Source: Brevundimonas sp. (lineage in GTDB: Bacteria; Pseudomonadota; Alphaproteobacteria; Caulobacterales; Caulobacteraceae). Taken from it: a stretch of 64,000 nucleotides of DNA. Shown here in pieces: positions 36,219 to 44,109 of this stretch (its first letter is position 1; every line of letters begins with the position of its first letter). The translations under genes were made by a program, and so were the position numbers. The notes beneath the pieces are model-generated. The model saw only the letters and a list, made by a program, of their open reading frames with translations. It made no database searches and was not told the origin of the DNA. The DNA lies in assembly GCF_024711105.1 (NCBI RefSeq), contig NZ_JANJTL010000139.1, positions 147 through 64,146 of the forward strand, in the 5' to 3' direction.

Positions 36219-36986
36219 TCAGGCCGGGCGTTCGAAGCTCAGGAACGGCAGCAGCAGCTGCATCTCCGAGCCAATCCATGTCTGGGGCTCGGAGGGGGGG
36301 CGAAGGCCTTCCTCGCGTTCGCGTCTGGAGACACAGGCGCGCGCGAGGCTCGACAGGGCCATGAAGTCGGTCGCCGAATCCATGGCTTCGAGCACGCAGC
36401 CGTCGAAATAGGGATGGGTCGCGTCCTCCGAGCAGCCGAAGGAGGATCGGTCCCGCTTGGCCGCCGTCATGATCATCCGGTTCGGCGCGGCCAGCGCCGG
36501 CACGAAGACGCCAGAGTAGCAGGCGGACACCACCACTACGGTCGGCCGGGCGCCGCACCAGCGATCCACGAGTTGGTCCATCATCTGTGGCGGCATCGTC
36601 CCGTCCGCGCCGAAGACAATCCCGGCCGGAGATCCGTGCGAAGTGAAATAGAGCAGGCAGCCGCCTGTGGCTGTCGAGGTTTGCCGGCCGATCGCCTCGA
36701 AGGCGGCCGTCGCCGCCATGGCCCGGCCCTCGGCGTCGGGCCGCAGCGACAGGTCGGTGATGTTGTGAGGCGCGAAGCCGGCCTCGGCGAAGGCGGCGGA
36801 GAGGTCGCGGCGGGCGTTCTCGAAGGCCTCGATCGGCGCGCCCTGACTGGAGCGCCAGTCGGCGGCCACGACCACCACGGCCCAGTCCGCGAAGCTCGCC
36901 TGCTGCGCGCGCGCGGCATGGAGTGGTGGCAAGCCGGCGAAGATGATCGCCAGAGCCACGGCCAGGACGCCCCGAAGCATCTTCAC
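36219..36986 (-). CDS. Secreted C13 (legumain/caspase-like) family peptidase
   Basis: Signal peptide. His and Cys contexts YFTSHGS and VVVSACYSG. Confidence 0.6.
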   Translation of the reverse strand: MKMLRGVLAVALAIIFAGLPPLHAARAQQASFADWAVVVVAADWRSSQGAPIEAFENARRDLSAAFAEAGFAPHNITDLSLRPDAEGRAMAATAAFEAIGRQTSTATGGCLLYFTSHGSPAGIVFGADGTMPPQMMDQLVDRWCGARPTVVVVSACYSGVFVPALAAPNRMIMTAAKRDRSSFGCSEDATHPYFDGCVLEAMDSATDFMALSSLARACVSRREREEGLRPPSEPQTWIGSEMQLLLPFLSFERPA

Positions 36987-37115
36987 CTCCCGATCAGCCG
37001 AACGCGATTAGGGCAAAGCCGCGCCGGCGACGCAAGACCATGAAAGCTGACGGACGCCTTGCATCGGGGCCGGCAAGGCATAGGTTCCGCTCCGGCTGTT
37101 TCTGGAGTCGCCCCT

Positions 37116-38546
37116 GTGATCGCATCCGCCCGCCTGTTCCGCGCCGCGCTCGCGGCCGTCGTCCTCAGTTCGGGAGGGGGCTCGGCCCTGGCCCAGGACG
37201 CGGAGACGATCCGCACTGCGGAGGCCCTGCGCGACCGGGCGATGGAGGAAGGCACGATCGCCTATTCGGTGGTCGAGCAGATCACCACCCGCTTCGGGCC
37301 GCGCCTGGCGGGCACGGAGGCGGAACGCCGCGCGGCGGAATGGGGCTCGGATTACCTGGCGTCGCTGGGGCTCTCGAACGTGGCCATCCAGGACTTTCCG
37401 CTGGCGGTCTGGCGGCGTCAGGCCGAGCGCGTCGAGATCGTCGGTGCCTGGCGCCAGCCTCTCGTCGCCACCGCGCTCGGCGGATCGCCCGCCACGCCCG
37501 CGGACGGCATCGAGGCCGAGGCGGTGGTCTTCGAGACCTACCAGGACCTGCTGGACGCTGCGCCGGGCTCGCTGACCGGCAAGATCGCCGTGGTGCTCCA
37601 GGACACCATCCGCGCCCAGGACGGGCGCGGCTATGGCGCGACCTCGCCGATACGGGGCTCGGGTCCCGTCGAGGCGGCCAATCGCGGCGCGGTCGGCTTT
37701 GTGCTGCGCTCGCTGGGCACGCACGACCATCGCTTCGCCCACGCCGGCGCGACGCGCTGGTCGGACACGCCGATCCCGTCCTTCGCCATCAGTCCGCCGG
37801 ACGCCGACCAGATCCGCCGTATCCAGGAGATCGGCGGGGAGCCGTTGCGCCTGCGGCTGTTCTCGCAGGTGTCGGTCGAGCCGTCGGGCCGCTCGCAGAA
37901 CGTCATCGCCGAGGTGCGCGGGACCGAGGCCGGCGAGGAGGTCATCGTCATCGGCGGCCACCTCGACAGCTGGGACCTGGGCACCGGCACCATCGACGAT
38001 GCGGCGGGCGTCGCCATCACCACCGCGGCGCTGCACATGATCAACCAGCTGCCCGAGCGGCCGCGCCGGACCATCCGCGTGGTCTGGTGGGGCTCGGAGG
38101 AAGTCAGCCAGCCGGGCGGGCAGGGGCTGTCGGGCGCCTTCGCCTACGCCCGGTCGCAGGACGGCGAGATCGAGAACCATGTGGTCGCCAGCGAAAGCGA
38201 CTTCGGCGCCGGGCCGGTCTATGCCCTCTCGCTCCCGGAGGTGGCGGCCAACAGTGACTTCCAGCGCGCGGCGATGCGCGTGCTGACCCCGTTGGGCGTG
38301 GTCTGGGACGCGACCCCCGCGCGCGGCGGCGGGCCGGACACGGTGCCGCTGAACCAGGCGGGCGTGCCGTCCTTCCGGCTGGCGCAGGACGGGTCCGACT
38401 ACTTCAACTTCCACCACACGGCCGATGACGTCCTGGACCGGGTCGACCCGGAGAACCTCGACCAGAACGTCGCCGCCTGGGCGGCGCTGCTGTGGCTGAT
38501 CGCCAACTCGGACGTGGACTTCCGCGCGGCGCCTGCGGCGGAGTAG
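37116..38546 (+). CDS. Secreted M28-family aminopeptidase with PA domain
   Basis: GTG 37116 has GGAG 8 nt upstream. Signal peptide VLSSGGGSALAQD. Metal-ligand contexts IGGHLDSWD and DDAAGVA. Confidence 0.8.
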   Translation: MIASARLFRAALAAVVLSSGGGSALAQDAETIRTAEALRDRAMEEGTIAYSVVEQITTRFGPRLAGTEAERRAAEWGSDYLASLGLSNVAIQDFPLAVWRRQAERVEIVGAWRQPLVATALGGSPATPADGIEAEAVVFETYQDLLDAAPGSLTGKIAVVLQDTIRAQDGRGYGATSPIRGSGPVEAANRGAVGFVLRSLGTHDHRFAHAGATRWSDTPIPSFAISPPDADQIRRIQEIGGEPLRLRLFSQVSVEPSGRSQNVIAEVRGTEAGEEVIVIGGHLDSWDLGTGTIDDAAGVAITTAALHMINQLPERPRRTIRVVWWGSEEVSQPGGQGLSGAFAYARSQDGEIENHVVASESDFGAGPVYALSLPEVAANSDFQRAAMRVLTPLGVVWDATPARGGGPDTVPLNQAGVPSFRLAQDGSDYFNFHHTADDVLDRVDPENLDQNVAAWAALLWLIANSDVDFRAAPAAE

Positions 38547-38559
38547 TCTGACAGACCGC

Positions 38560-38644
38560 GCGAACGTGGCGGAACCGGTAGACGCAGCGGACTTAAAATC
38601 CGCATCCCTCGGGAGTGTGGGTTCGAGTCCCACCGTTCGCACCA
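38560..38644 (+). tRNA. tRNA-Leu (anticodon UAA)
   Basis: Acceptor GCGAACG/CGTTCGC, anticodon loop CTTAAAA, long variable arm, T-arm GTGGG-TTCGAGT-CCCAC, encoded CCA. Confidence 0.95.
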
Positions 38645-38725
38645 GATCGTTCGCCACCCTTTGAAGGGGTGGGGCGTTGGGGCTAAACCGGGACGGTCCC
38701 TCCCGGATTCGCGAACGGAACGCCC

Positions 38726-40153
38726 ATGACACGCGCCAGGCGCGCCCGGATCGTCGCCACCATCGGCCCCGCCAGCCGGGAGCCAGGGATGATCAAGACG
38801 CTGGCGCGCGCGGGCGTCGATGTCTTTCGCCTGAATTTCAGCCACGGATCGCACGAGGATCACGCTGCGGCGCTGAAGGCGATCCGGGGGGCCGAGCTGA
38901 CCATCCGCCGGCCGTTGGGCGTGCTGGCGGACCTGCAGGGCCCCAAGCTCAGGCTGGGCAAGTTCGCCGACGGGGCCATCGAGGTGGAGGCGGGGCATCG
39001 CATCCGGCTGGATCTCGACACTACGCCCGGCGACGCTTCGCGTGTCGGCATGCCGCATCCTGAGATCTTCGCGGCGCTGAAGCCCGATGCTCTCTTGCTG
39101 CTCGACGATGGCAAGGTGCGTCTGCGGGTTGAAACGGCCGGCGCCGACTTCGCCGACACCGTGGTCGAGGCGGGCAGCCGTCTGTCGGACCGAAAGGGCG
39201 TGGCCGTGCCGGGCGGCACCATCCCGATCTCGGCCCTGACGCCGAAGGATCTCGAGGATCTCGCCTTCGCCCTGCGCCAAGGCGTGGACTGGGTGGCCCT
39301 GTCGTTCGTGCAGCGCGCCGAAGACATGGCGGAACTGAAGAAGCTGGTGGCCGGCCGCGCGGCCTGCCTGGCCAAGATCGAGAAGCCGGCGGCGCTCGAT
39401 GATCTCGAGGCCATCCTCGACTATTCCGACGGCCTGATGGTGGCGCGCGGCGACCTTGGGGTGGAATGCCCGCCCGAGGAGGTGCCGGTCGCGCAGAAGG
39501 CCATCCTGCGGGCCGCCCGGAACCGTGGCGTGCCTGCCATCGTGGCCACCCAGATGTTGGAGTCCATGACCACCCAGCCGACGCCCACACGCGCAGAGGC
39601 CTCGGACGTGGCGAACGCCGTCTACGAGGGCGCGGACGCTGTCATGCTGTCTGCCGAGACGGCCGCTGGCCAGTATCCGCTCGAGGCCGTGCAGGTGATG
39701 GACCGCATCATCGAGCGGGTAGAGCGTGATCCGCGCTGGCCGAGGCTGATGGACGCTGAGCACGCCGGCATGGACGACGTCGACGCCGACGCTCTCGTGG
39801 CGGCGGCGCGCAAAGCCGCTGACGCTGCCTCGACGGCCTGCATCGTCGTGTTCACGACCCTGGGCGGCACGGCCCGCCGCATGGCGCGCGAGCGGCCGCT
39901 GCAGCCCGTGATCGCGCTCACGCCCTCGCCGGACACGGCGCGGCGGCTGGCCCTGGTGTGGGGGCTGGAACCCCGACTTGGCCGCCAGCCATCGAGCATG
40001 GAAGACGTGACCGAGGAGGCCGTGCGCCACGCGGTCGAGGCGGGCTTGGCCCAGCCGGGCCAGCGCATCCTCATCCTGGCCGGAACGCCCTTCGGCGCGC
40101 CGGGCGCAGCCAACCTGCTCAGGCTGGCCCACGCGCCGGCGCGCCGGGGTTAG
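38726..40153 (+). CDS. pyk: Pyruvate kinase
   Basis: 475 aa. Contains RIVATIGPAS, FRLNFSHGSHEDH and MVARGDLGVE. Confidence 0.95.
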   Translation: MTRARRARIVATIGPASREPGMIKTLARAGVDVFRLNFSHGSHEDHAAALKAIRGAELTIRRPLGVLADLQGPKLRLGKFADGAIEVEAGHRIRLDLDTTPGDASRVGMPHPEIFAALKPDALLLLDDGKVRLRVETAGADFADTVVEAGSRLSDRKGVAVPGGTIPISALTPKDLEDLAFALRQGVDWVALSFVQRAEDMAELKKLVAGRAACLAKIEKPAALDDLEAILDYSDGLMVARGDLGVECPPEEVPVAQKAILRAARNRGVPAIVATQMLESMTTQPTPTRAEASDVANAVYEGADAVMLSAETAAGQYPLEAVQVMDRIIERVERDPRWPRLMDAEHAGMDDVDADALVAAARKAADAASTACIVVFTTLGGTARRMARERPLQPVIALTPSPDTARRLALVWGLEPRLGRQPSSMEDVTEEAVRHAVEAGLAQPGQRILILAGTPFGAPGAANLLRLAHAPARRG

Positions 40154-40158
40154 ACGAA

Positions 40159-40182
40159 GGGGCCGGTCCGGAGACCGGCCCC
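40159..40182. terminator. Hairpin between convergent pyk and the RcnB-like gene
   Basis: 10-bp stem GGGGCCGGTC / GACCGGCCCC with a CGGA loop. There is no clear U-tract on either strand. Confidence 0.35.
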
Positions 40183-40190
40183 GTCAGGCG

Positions 40191-41195
40191 CTACCAGGTC
40201 CAGACGCGGTAGACGACATCGATGATGTAGCCGTCGCGCATGTCGACCAGCAGGATGTCGTTGTTCACATAGACCCACTGGCAGCCATAGGGCGGGTAGG
40301 GCAGGCCGTACCAGCTGTAGTCCTGGACCACGTAACGCCAGAAGTAGGTCGGCAGGTACTCGCCGACGCGCCACTGGCGGTTCCAGTACTGGCGAGGCAC
40401 GCTGTAGTACCCGTAGCCCGGAGCGAAATAGAAGTTCAGGCGGAAGCCCGAATAGTTTCGGAACCAGCTGTTGTTCCGCCACCAGTCGCTGCGGTGACGG
40501 CTATCCCAGCCGCGACGCCAGCTGTTTCTGTCCCAGCGCCGGCGGAAGTCCTCACGATCCTGATCGCCGCGCCCCCAACCGCCGCGACCGTCGCGATCCC
40601 AGCCACCTCGGCCATCTCGGCCGCCACGATCCCAGCCGCCGCCGCGACCGTCGCGGCCATCTCGGCCATCGCGATCCCAACCGCCGCCACCGCGACCGTC
40701 GCGGCCGTCACGGCCGCTACCACCGGGGAGCTGGCCGTCGGTCCAGCGATCCAGAAATCCGCCACCGCCACGGTCACCACCGCCACGATCGCCGCCGCCG
40801 CGGTCTCCACCGCCACGGTCACCGCCGCCGCCACGATCCCAGCCACCGCCGGAGCCGCCACCGCCACGATCACCGCCACCTCGGCCACCGCCGCCGCCGC
40901 GATCCCAGCCACCGCCGGAGCCGCCGCCGCCACGGTCTCCACCGCCACCACGATCACCGCCGCCACGGTCGCCACGGTCGCCGCCCCCGCTGGGACGATC
41001 GGGCTGGGGCGGCGTGGGGGGCTGGGGCGGAGGGCTCGGATTGTCCGGCTGGGGCCGGCGACCGCGGTCACGCGGTCCCTGGGCGAGGTCGCGCTCGTCG
41101 ACCTCCTGGGTGACGGCGCTGGCCGAGGCGAAAGCCTGGCTCATCGGCGCAGCCGCCGTCAGCAGCGCCGTGGTGATGAGAAGGACGCGTTTCAT
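40191..41195 (-). CDS. RcnB-family periplasmic protein with a long Gly/Asp/Arg repeat region
   Basis: ATG 41195 (MKRVLLITTALLTAAAP signal). C-terminal RcnB-like domain YLPTYFWRYVVQDYSWYGLPYPPYGCQWVYVNNDILLV. Confidence 0.65.
   Translation of the reverse strand: MKRVLLITTALLTAAAPMSQAFASASAVTQEVDERDLAQGPRDRGRRPQPDNPSPPPQPPTPPQPDRPSGGGDRGDRGGGDRGGGGDRGGGGSGGGWDRGGGGGRGGGDRGGGGSGGGWDRGGGGDRGGGDRGGGDRGGGDRGGGGFLDRWTDGQLPGGSGRDGRDGRGGGGWDRDGRDGRDGRGGGWDRGGRDGRGGWDRDGRGGWGRGDQDREDFRRRWDRNSWRRGWDSRHRSDWWRNNSWFRNYSGFRLNFYFAPGYGYYSVPRQYWNRQWRVGEYLPTYFWRYVVQDYSWYGLPYPPYGCQWVYVNNDILLVDMRDGYIIDVVYRVWTW
40551..40994 (-). repeat. Coding low-complexity repeat (GGGDR / WDRGGGG units)
   Basis: About 148 codons of imperfect repeats, including a ~63-nt duplicated block encoding DRGGGGSGGGWDRGGGG. 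Confidence 0.6.
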
Positions 41196-41296
41196 CTTCT
41201 TGTTCCCGACAGCCGGATGATCCGGCCCTGGTGTGACGGTGGAGCCCTGTCGATGAACCGTGCCTGAACCATGTCGCCGACGACAGGGCGCGCACA

Positions 41297-41326
41297 AGAA
41301 AAAAGCCCCGCGGCGAACCGCGGGGC
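41297..41326 (-). terminator. Rho-independent terminator after the second RcnB-like gene
   Basis: On the minus strand: GCCCCGCGG-TTCG-CCGCGGGGC followed by TTTTTTCTT. Confidence 0.75.
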
Positions 41327-41350
41327 CGGAGGCTGGGAAGCTGGTTACGC

Positions 41351-41920
41351 CTAGAAGACGTCGAACACGATGTCCGCGATGACGCCGGTGGCGACGGCGA
41401 TCAGGACCAGGTCGTTGTCCAAGTAAATCCACTGGTGGCCGCGCGGCGCCGGGCGCAGCCGGTAGAAGTAGGGGTCATGAACGACGTAGCGGCGATAGGC
41501 CTGCGGCACCGTGTGGCCCCGCCGCCAGGACCGCCCGTAGTAGCTCGGGGCGACGTTGTAGTAGCCGTAGCCGGGCGCGTAGTAGTACCCGTTGCGGCGG
41601 CCGCGGTAGTCGCGGAAGTCCGAGCGGCCGCGCCACCAGCCGTCGCGGCGCTCCCAGCGGTCCCGGCGGTCGTCACGACGGTCCCAGCGGTCGTCCCGGC
41701 GGTCGTCGCGTCGATCCCACCGATCATCCCGGCGATCATCGCGGCGGTCCCACCGATCATCCCGGCGGTCGTCGCGGCGGTCCCACCGATCATCCCGGCG
41801 GTCGTCGCGGCGATCACCGCGACGGTCCCAGTCGCCGCGGCTCTGGGCTTGGGTGAGGGTCGGCACGGTCGCGCTGGCCAGGGCGATGGCGATGACGCCG
41901 GCCTTGAACAGGGTCTTCAT
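41351..41920 (-). CDS. RcnB-family periplasmic protein with DRRDDRRDDRW repeats
   Basis: ATG 41920 (MKTLFKAGVIAIALASA signal). C-terminal domain YRRYVVHDPYFYRLRPAPRGHQWIYLDNDLVLI. Confidence 0.7.
   Translation of the reverse strand: MKTLFKAGVIAIALASATVPTLTQAQSRGDWDRRGDRRDDRRDDRWDRRDDRRDDRWDRRDDRRDDRWDRRDDRRDDRWDRRDDRRDRWERRDGWWRGRSDFRDYRGRRNGYYYAPGYGYYNVAPSYYGRSWRRGHTVPQAYRRYVVHDPYFYRLRPAPRGHQWIYLDNDLVLIAVATGVIADIVFDVF
41647..41812 (-). repeat. 33-nt coding tandem repeat, about 5 copies
   Basis: Two perfect adjacent copies of GGTCCCACCGATCATCCCGGCGGTCGTCGCGGC (41746-41778 and 41779-41811), flanked by diverged copies. Confidence 0.75.
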
Positions 41921-42004
41921 GAGTGTGCTCCGATCAGCAGTCTGGCGGATCGGAGAGCCGTCCGCCGATGGCGCCACGGTCAGGCCTTCATCATGAACTC
42001 GACC

Positions 42005-42029
42005 TGAACACGTCGGTCAGGTTGGCGTT
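42005..42029 (+). promoter_or_regulatory. Near-consensus EcfG-type promoter (TGAAC-N16-CGTT)
   Basis: One mismatch in the -35 element. Lies 49 nt upstream of ATG 42078. Confidence 0.2.
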
Positions 42030-42077
42030 GCGTCGGCTCATCGGGTCCCCATCTGGGGGGACCGCAGGAGGCTCCTC

Positions 42078-42800
42078 ATGACCCGACCGATCGAACTTCA
42101 TTACTGGCCCACGCCGAACGGCTGGAAAATCTCCATCGCGCTCGAGGAGATGGGGCTGCCCTATGAGGTGAAGTTCGTGAACATCGGCGCGGGCGAGCAG
42201 TTCGATCCCGCCTTCAAGGCGATCAGCCCGAACGGGCGGATGCCAGCCATCGTCGATCCCGACGGCCCTGACGGTGAGCCGCTGTCCATCTTCGAATCCG
42301 GCGCGATCCTCCAGCACCTGGGCCGACGGAGCGGGCTGTTCTACCCGCAGTCGGCGCGCGAGCGGGCGGAGGTCGATCAGTGGCTGTTCTGGCAGGTAGG
42401 GGGACTGGGACCCATGGCCGGTCAGACGCACCACTTCCGGCAGTATGCGCGGGCGATCGTCGCGGACCAGCGGCATCTGGCCTATGGCGTGCGGCGCTAT
42501 ACCGACGAGGCGCGCAGGCTCTACGGCGTGCTTGAGAAGCGCCTGGCCGATCGTGACTACGTCGCGGGCGACTATTCGATCGCGGACATGGCCATCTGGC
42601 CGTGGATCGTTCCCCATGCGCGGCAGGGACAGGATCTGGCGCGCACTCCCCGGCTGAAGGCCTGGTTCGAGCGGATCGGCCAGCGGCCGGCCGTCGAACG
42701 CGGAATGAAGGTGGGAAACGAACGCCGCGGAAACCTCGCGGGCTCCGGCGTCGAGGCGGAGAAGGCTCGGCGCGTCCTGTTCGGACAACGCGACGGGTAA
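42078..42800 (+). CDS. Nu-class (YfcG/YghU-like) glutathione S-transferase
   Basis: Contains IELHYWPTPNGWKISIALEEMGLPYE and SPNGRMPAIVDPDG...SIFESGAILQHL. Confidence 0.8.
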   Translation: MTRPIELHYWPTPNGWKISIALEEMGLPYEVKFVNIGAGEQFDPAFKAISPNGRMPAIVDPDGPDGEPLSIFESGAILQHLGRRSGLFYPQSARERAEVDQWLFWQVGGLGPMAGQTHHFRQYARAIVADQRHLAYGVRRYTDEARRLYGVLEKRLADRDYVAGDYSIADMAIWPWIVPHARQGQDLARTPRLKAWFERIGQRPAVERGMKVGNERRGNLAGSGVEAEKARRVLFGQRDG

Positions 42801-42973
42801 ACGCGTCCTTAAGGTAAAATGTCGGTCGAGTTAAGAGCCGTTTGAGTATTCATTTTCCCTTTACAGAAAAGATTTCAGAGTCCGTTCGACATTAACTTTA
42901 ACTTCAGTCCGACGGCGTTTTGATCGCGTCACCAAGGGAGGGGCCCAGAACGGCGCCCACGGAGGACCTGGTG

Positions 42974-43261
42974 ATGGAACTGCAGATGGAAGCGGCTGAA
43001 AGCCTGCCCCTGCCGAGCCCGGAAATGTCGGGCGACGACCTGTTCAAGCTCGGCCTGATGTACTCGACCGGCCAGGGCGGCGCGCCCATGGACCTGGTTT
43101 CGGCCCACATGATCTTCAACCTCGCCGCCATGAAGGGCTCGGTCGAGGCGCGACTGTACCGCAAGGAGCTGTCGCAGGAGATGGACCGCGAGGACGTCGC
43201 CGAAGCCCAGCGCGCCGCCCGCCGCTGGCTGGACCAGGGCGTGAGCGCGCTGCGGGCCTGA
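42974..43261 (+). CDS. Small Sel1-repeat protein
   Basis: ATG 42974 has GGAGG 8 nt upstream. LFKLGLMYSTGQGGAPMDLVSAHMIFNLAAMKG is Sel1-like. Confidence 0.6.
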   Translation: MELQMEAAESLPLPSPEMSGDDLFKLGLMYSTGQGGAPMDLVSAHMIFNLAAMKGSVEARLYRKELSQEMDREDVAEAQRAARRWLDQGVSALRA

Positions 43262-43267
43262 GCCCGC

Positions 43268-44020
43268 CTAGAACTGCTGGTACTGCCCGCCGATGGTGTA
43301 GTTGAAGCCGATCGGCATGGCTTCGCGGATCTGGCTGAAGAAGACCGCAACCTCGGCGAGCGTGGTGCGGGGCACATAGACGACGTCCATGCGGCGCACC
43401 GCCACGTGCTGGCGGTCCCGGCCCGAGAGGTCCACCCGCCGCATCATGCGCGAACCGCCCGGACCGCGCCGGATCAGGCCGACCTCGTCGCGCCGCGCCG
43501 ATGGCAGGAAACCGCCGGCCAGGATGACAGCCTGGTGCACGTCGATGTCCCCAGGCATGTCGTAGACGCCGGGATTGCGAACCTCTCCGTCCACCCAGAC
43601 CTTGAGCGGCCCGGCCTGACGCAGCACCACCTCCACCTCCGGCCGGCGCAGGATCGGGGTGTAGGCCGCAACCAGTTCGGCCTCCAGCTCGTGCAGGGTC
43701 CGATCCGCCGCCATGAACTGACCCACCAGCGGCATCGTCACCCGGCCGTCGGGCCCCACCGTCAGCGACTGGTTCAGCTCCGGCGCCGTGGGGGTGCGCA
43801 CGTCGATCTGGTCACCCGGATAGAGCAGGTACTCGGGCTCTGCGTCGGACCAATCCGCGAAGTCGATGTCGCGGAAGCCCGGGCTGTAGCCTTCAGGTGT
43901 CGTCGCGTCCCGGCGCCAGTCCCCGGGGCGCGGAAAGCGCGACCCGCCCCCGGCCATGCCGCAGGCCGACAGGGTCGATCCGGCGAGGGCGAGGAGGAGG
44001 GCGCGGCGATCCAGACTCAT
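43268..44020 (-). CDS. hfsD: Wza-like polysaccharide export lipoprotein (HfsD-like)
   Basis: Lipobox TLSAC. Poly_export plus SLBB-type sequence (YLLYPGDQIDV, VWVDGEVRNPGVYDM). The hfs name comes from locus context only. Confidence 0.75.
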   Translation of the reverse strand: MSLDRRALLLALAGSTLSACGMAGGGSRFPRPGDWRRDATTPEGYSPGFRDIDFADWSDAEPEYLLYPGDQIDVRTPTAPELNQSLTVGPDGRVTMPLVGQFMAADRTLHELEAELVAAYTPILRRPEVEVVLRQAGPLKVWVDGEVRNPGVYDMPGDIDVHQAVILAGGFLPSARRDEVGLIRRGPGGSRMMRRVDLSGRDRQHVAVRRMDVVYVPRTTLAEVAVFFSQIREAMPIGFNYTIGGQYQQF

Positions 44021-44109
44021 GGGCTCAGGTTCCCGGCCAATGCGTAACCAGCGGTTAACGCCGCGGTCCGATGTTGGCTGTCGTTAACTAATGCGAGTCG
44101 GCCGGATTC

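Noticed and set aside
37008-38732. 574-aa ORF on the minus strand
   Set aside because: Antisense to the M28 peptidase gene, and it runs straight through tRNA-Leu. It cannot be a real CDS.
38399-40132. 577-aa ORF on the minus strand
   Set aside because: Antisense to pyruvate kinase and overlapping tRNA-Leu. It is a shadow ORF. The same reasoning applies to 12985..14739 (antisense to fliF), 6194..7600, 14277..15365, 50572..52056 and 56148..57272.
40551-40994. Repetitive DNA that might be a CRISPR-like or non-coding tandem array
   Set aside because: The repeats are in frame within a signal-peptide-bearing ORF that ends in a recognisable RcnB domain. The units are irregular, with no unique spacers, and no cas genes are present.
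44054-44088. GTTAAC palindromes near hfs promoters (44054, 44083, 52003; also 923 and 11813) as a shared operator
   Set aside because: By a rough composition-based estimate, five GTTAAC hexamers in 64 kb is about what chance predicts. AT-rich hexamers naturally concentrate in intergenic DNA. The spacing between the two at 44054 and 44083 does not fit a CtrA box.
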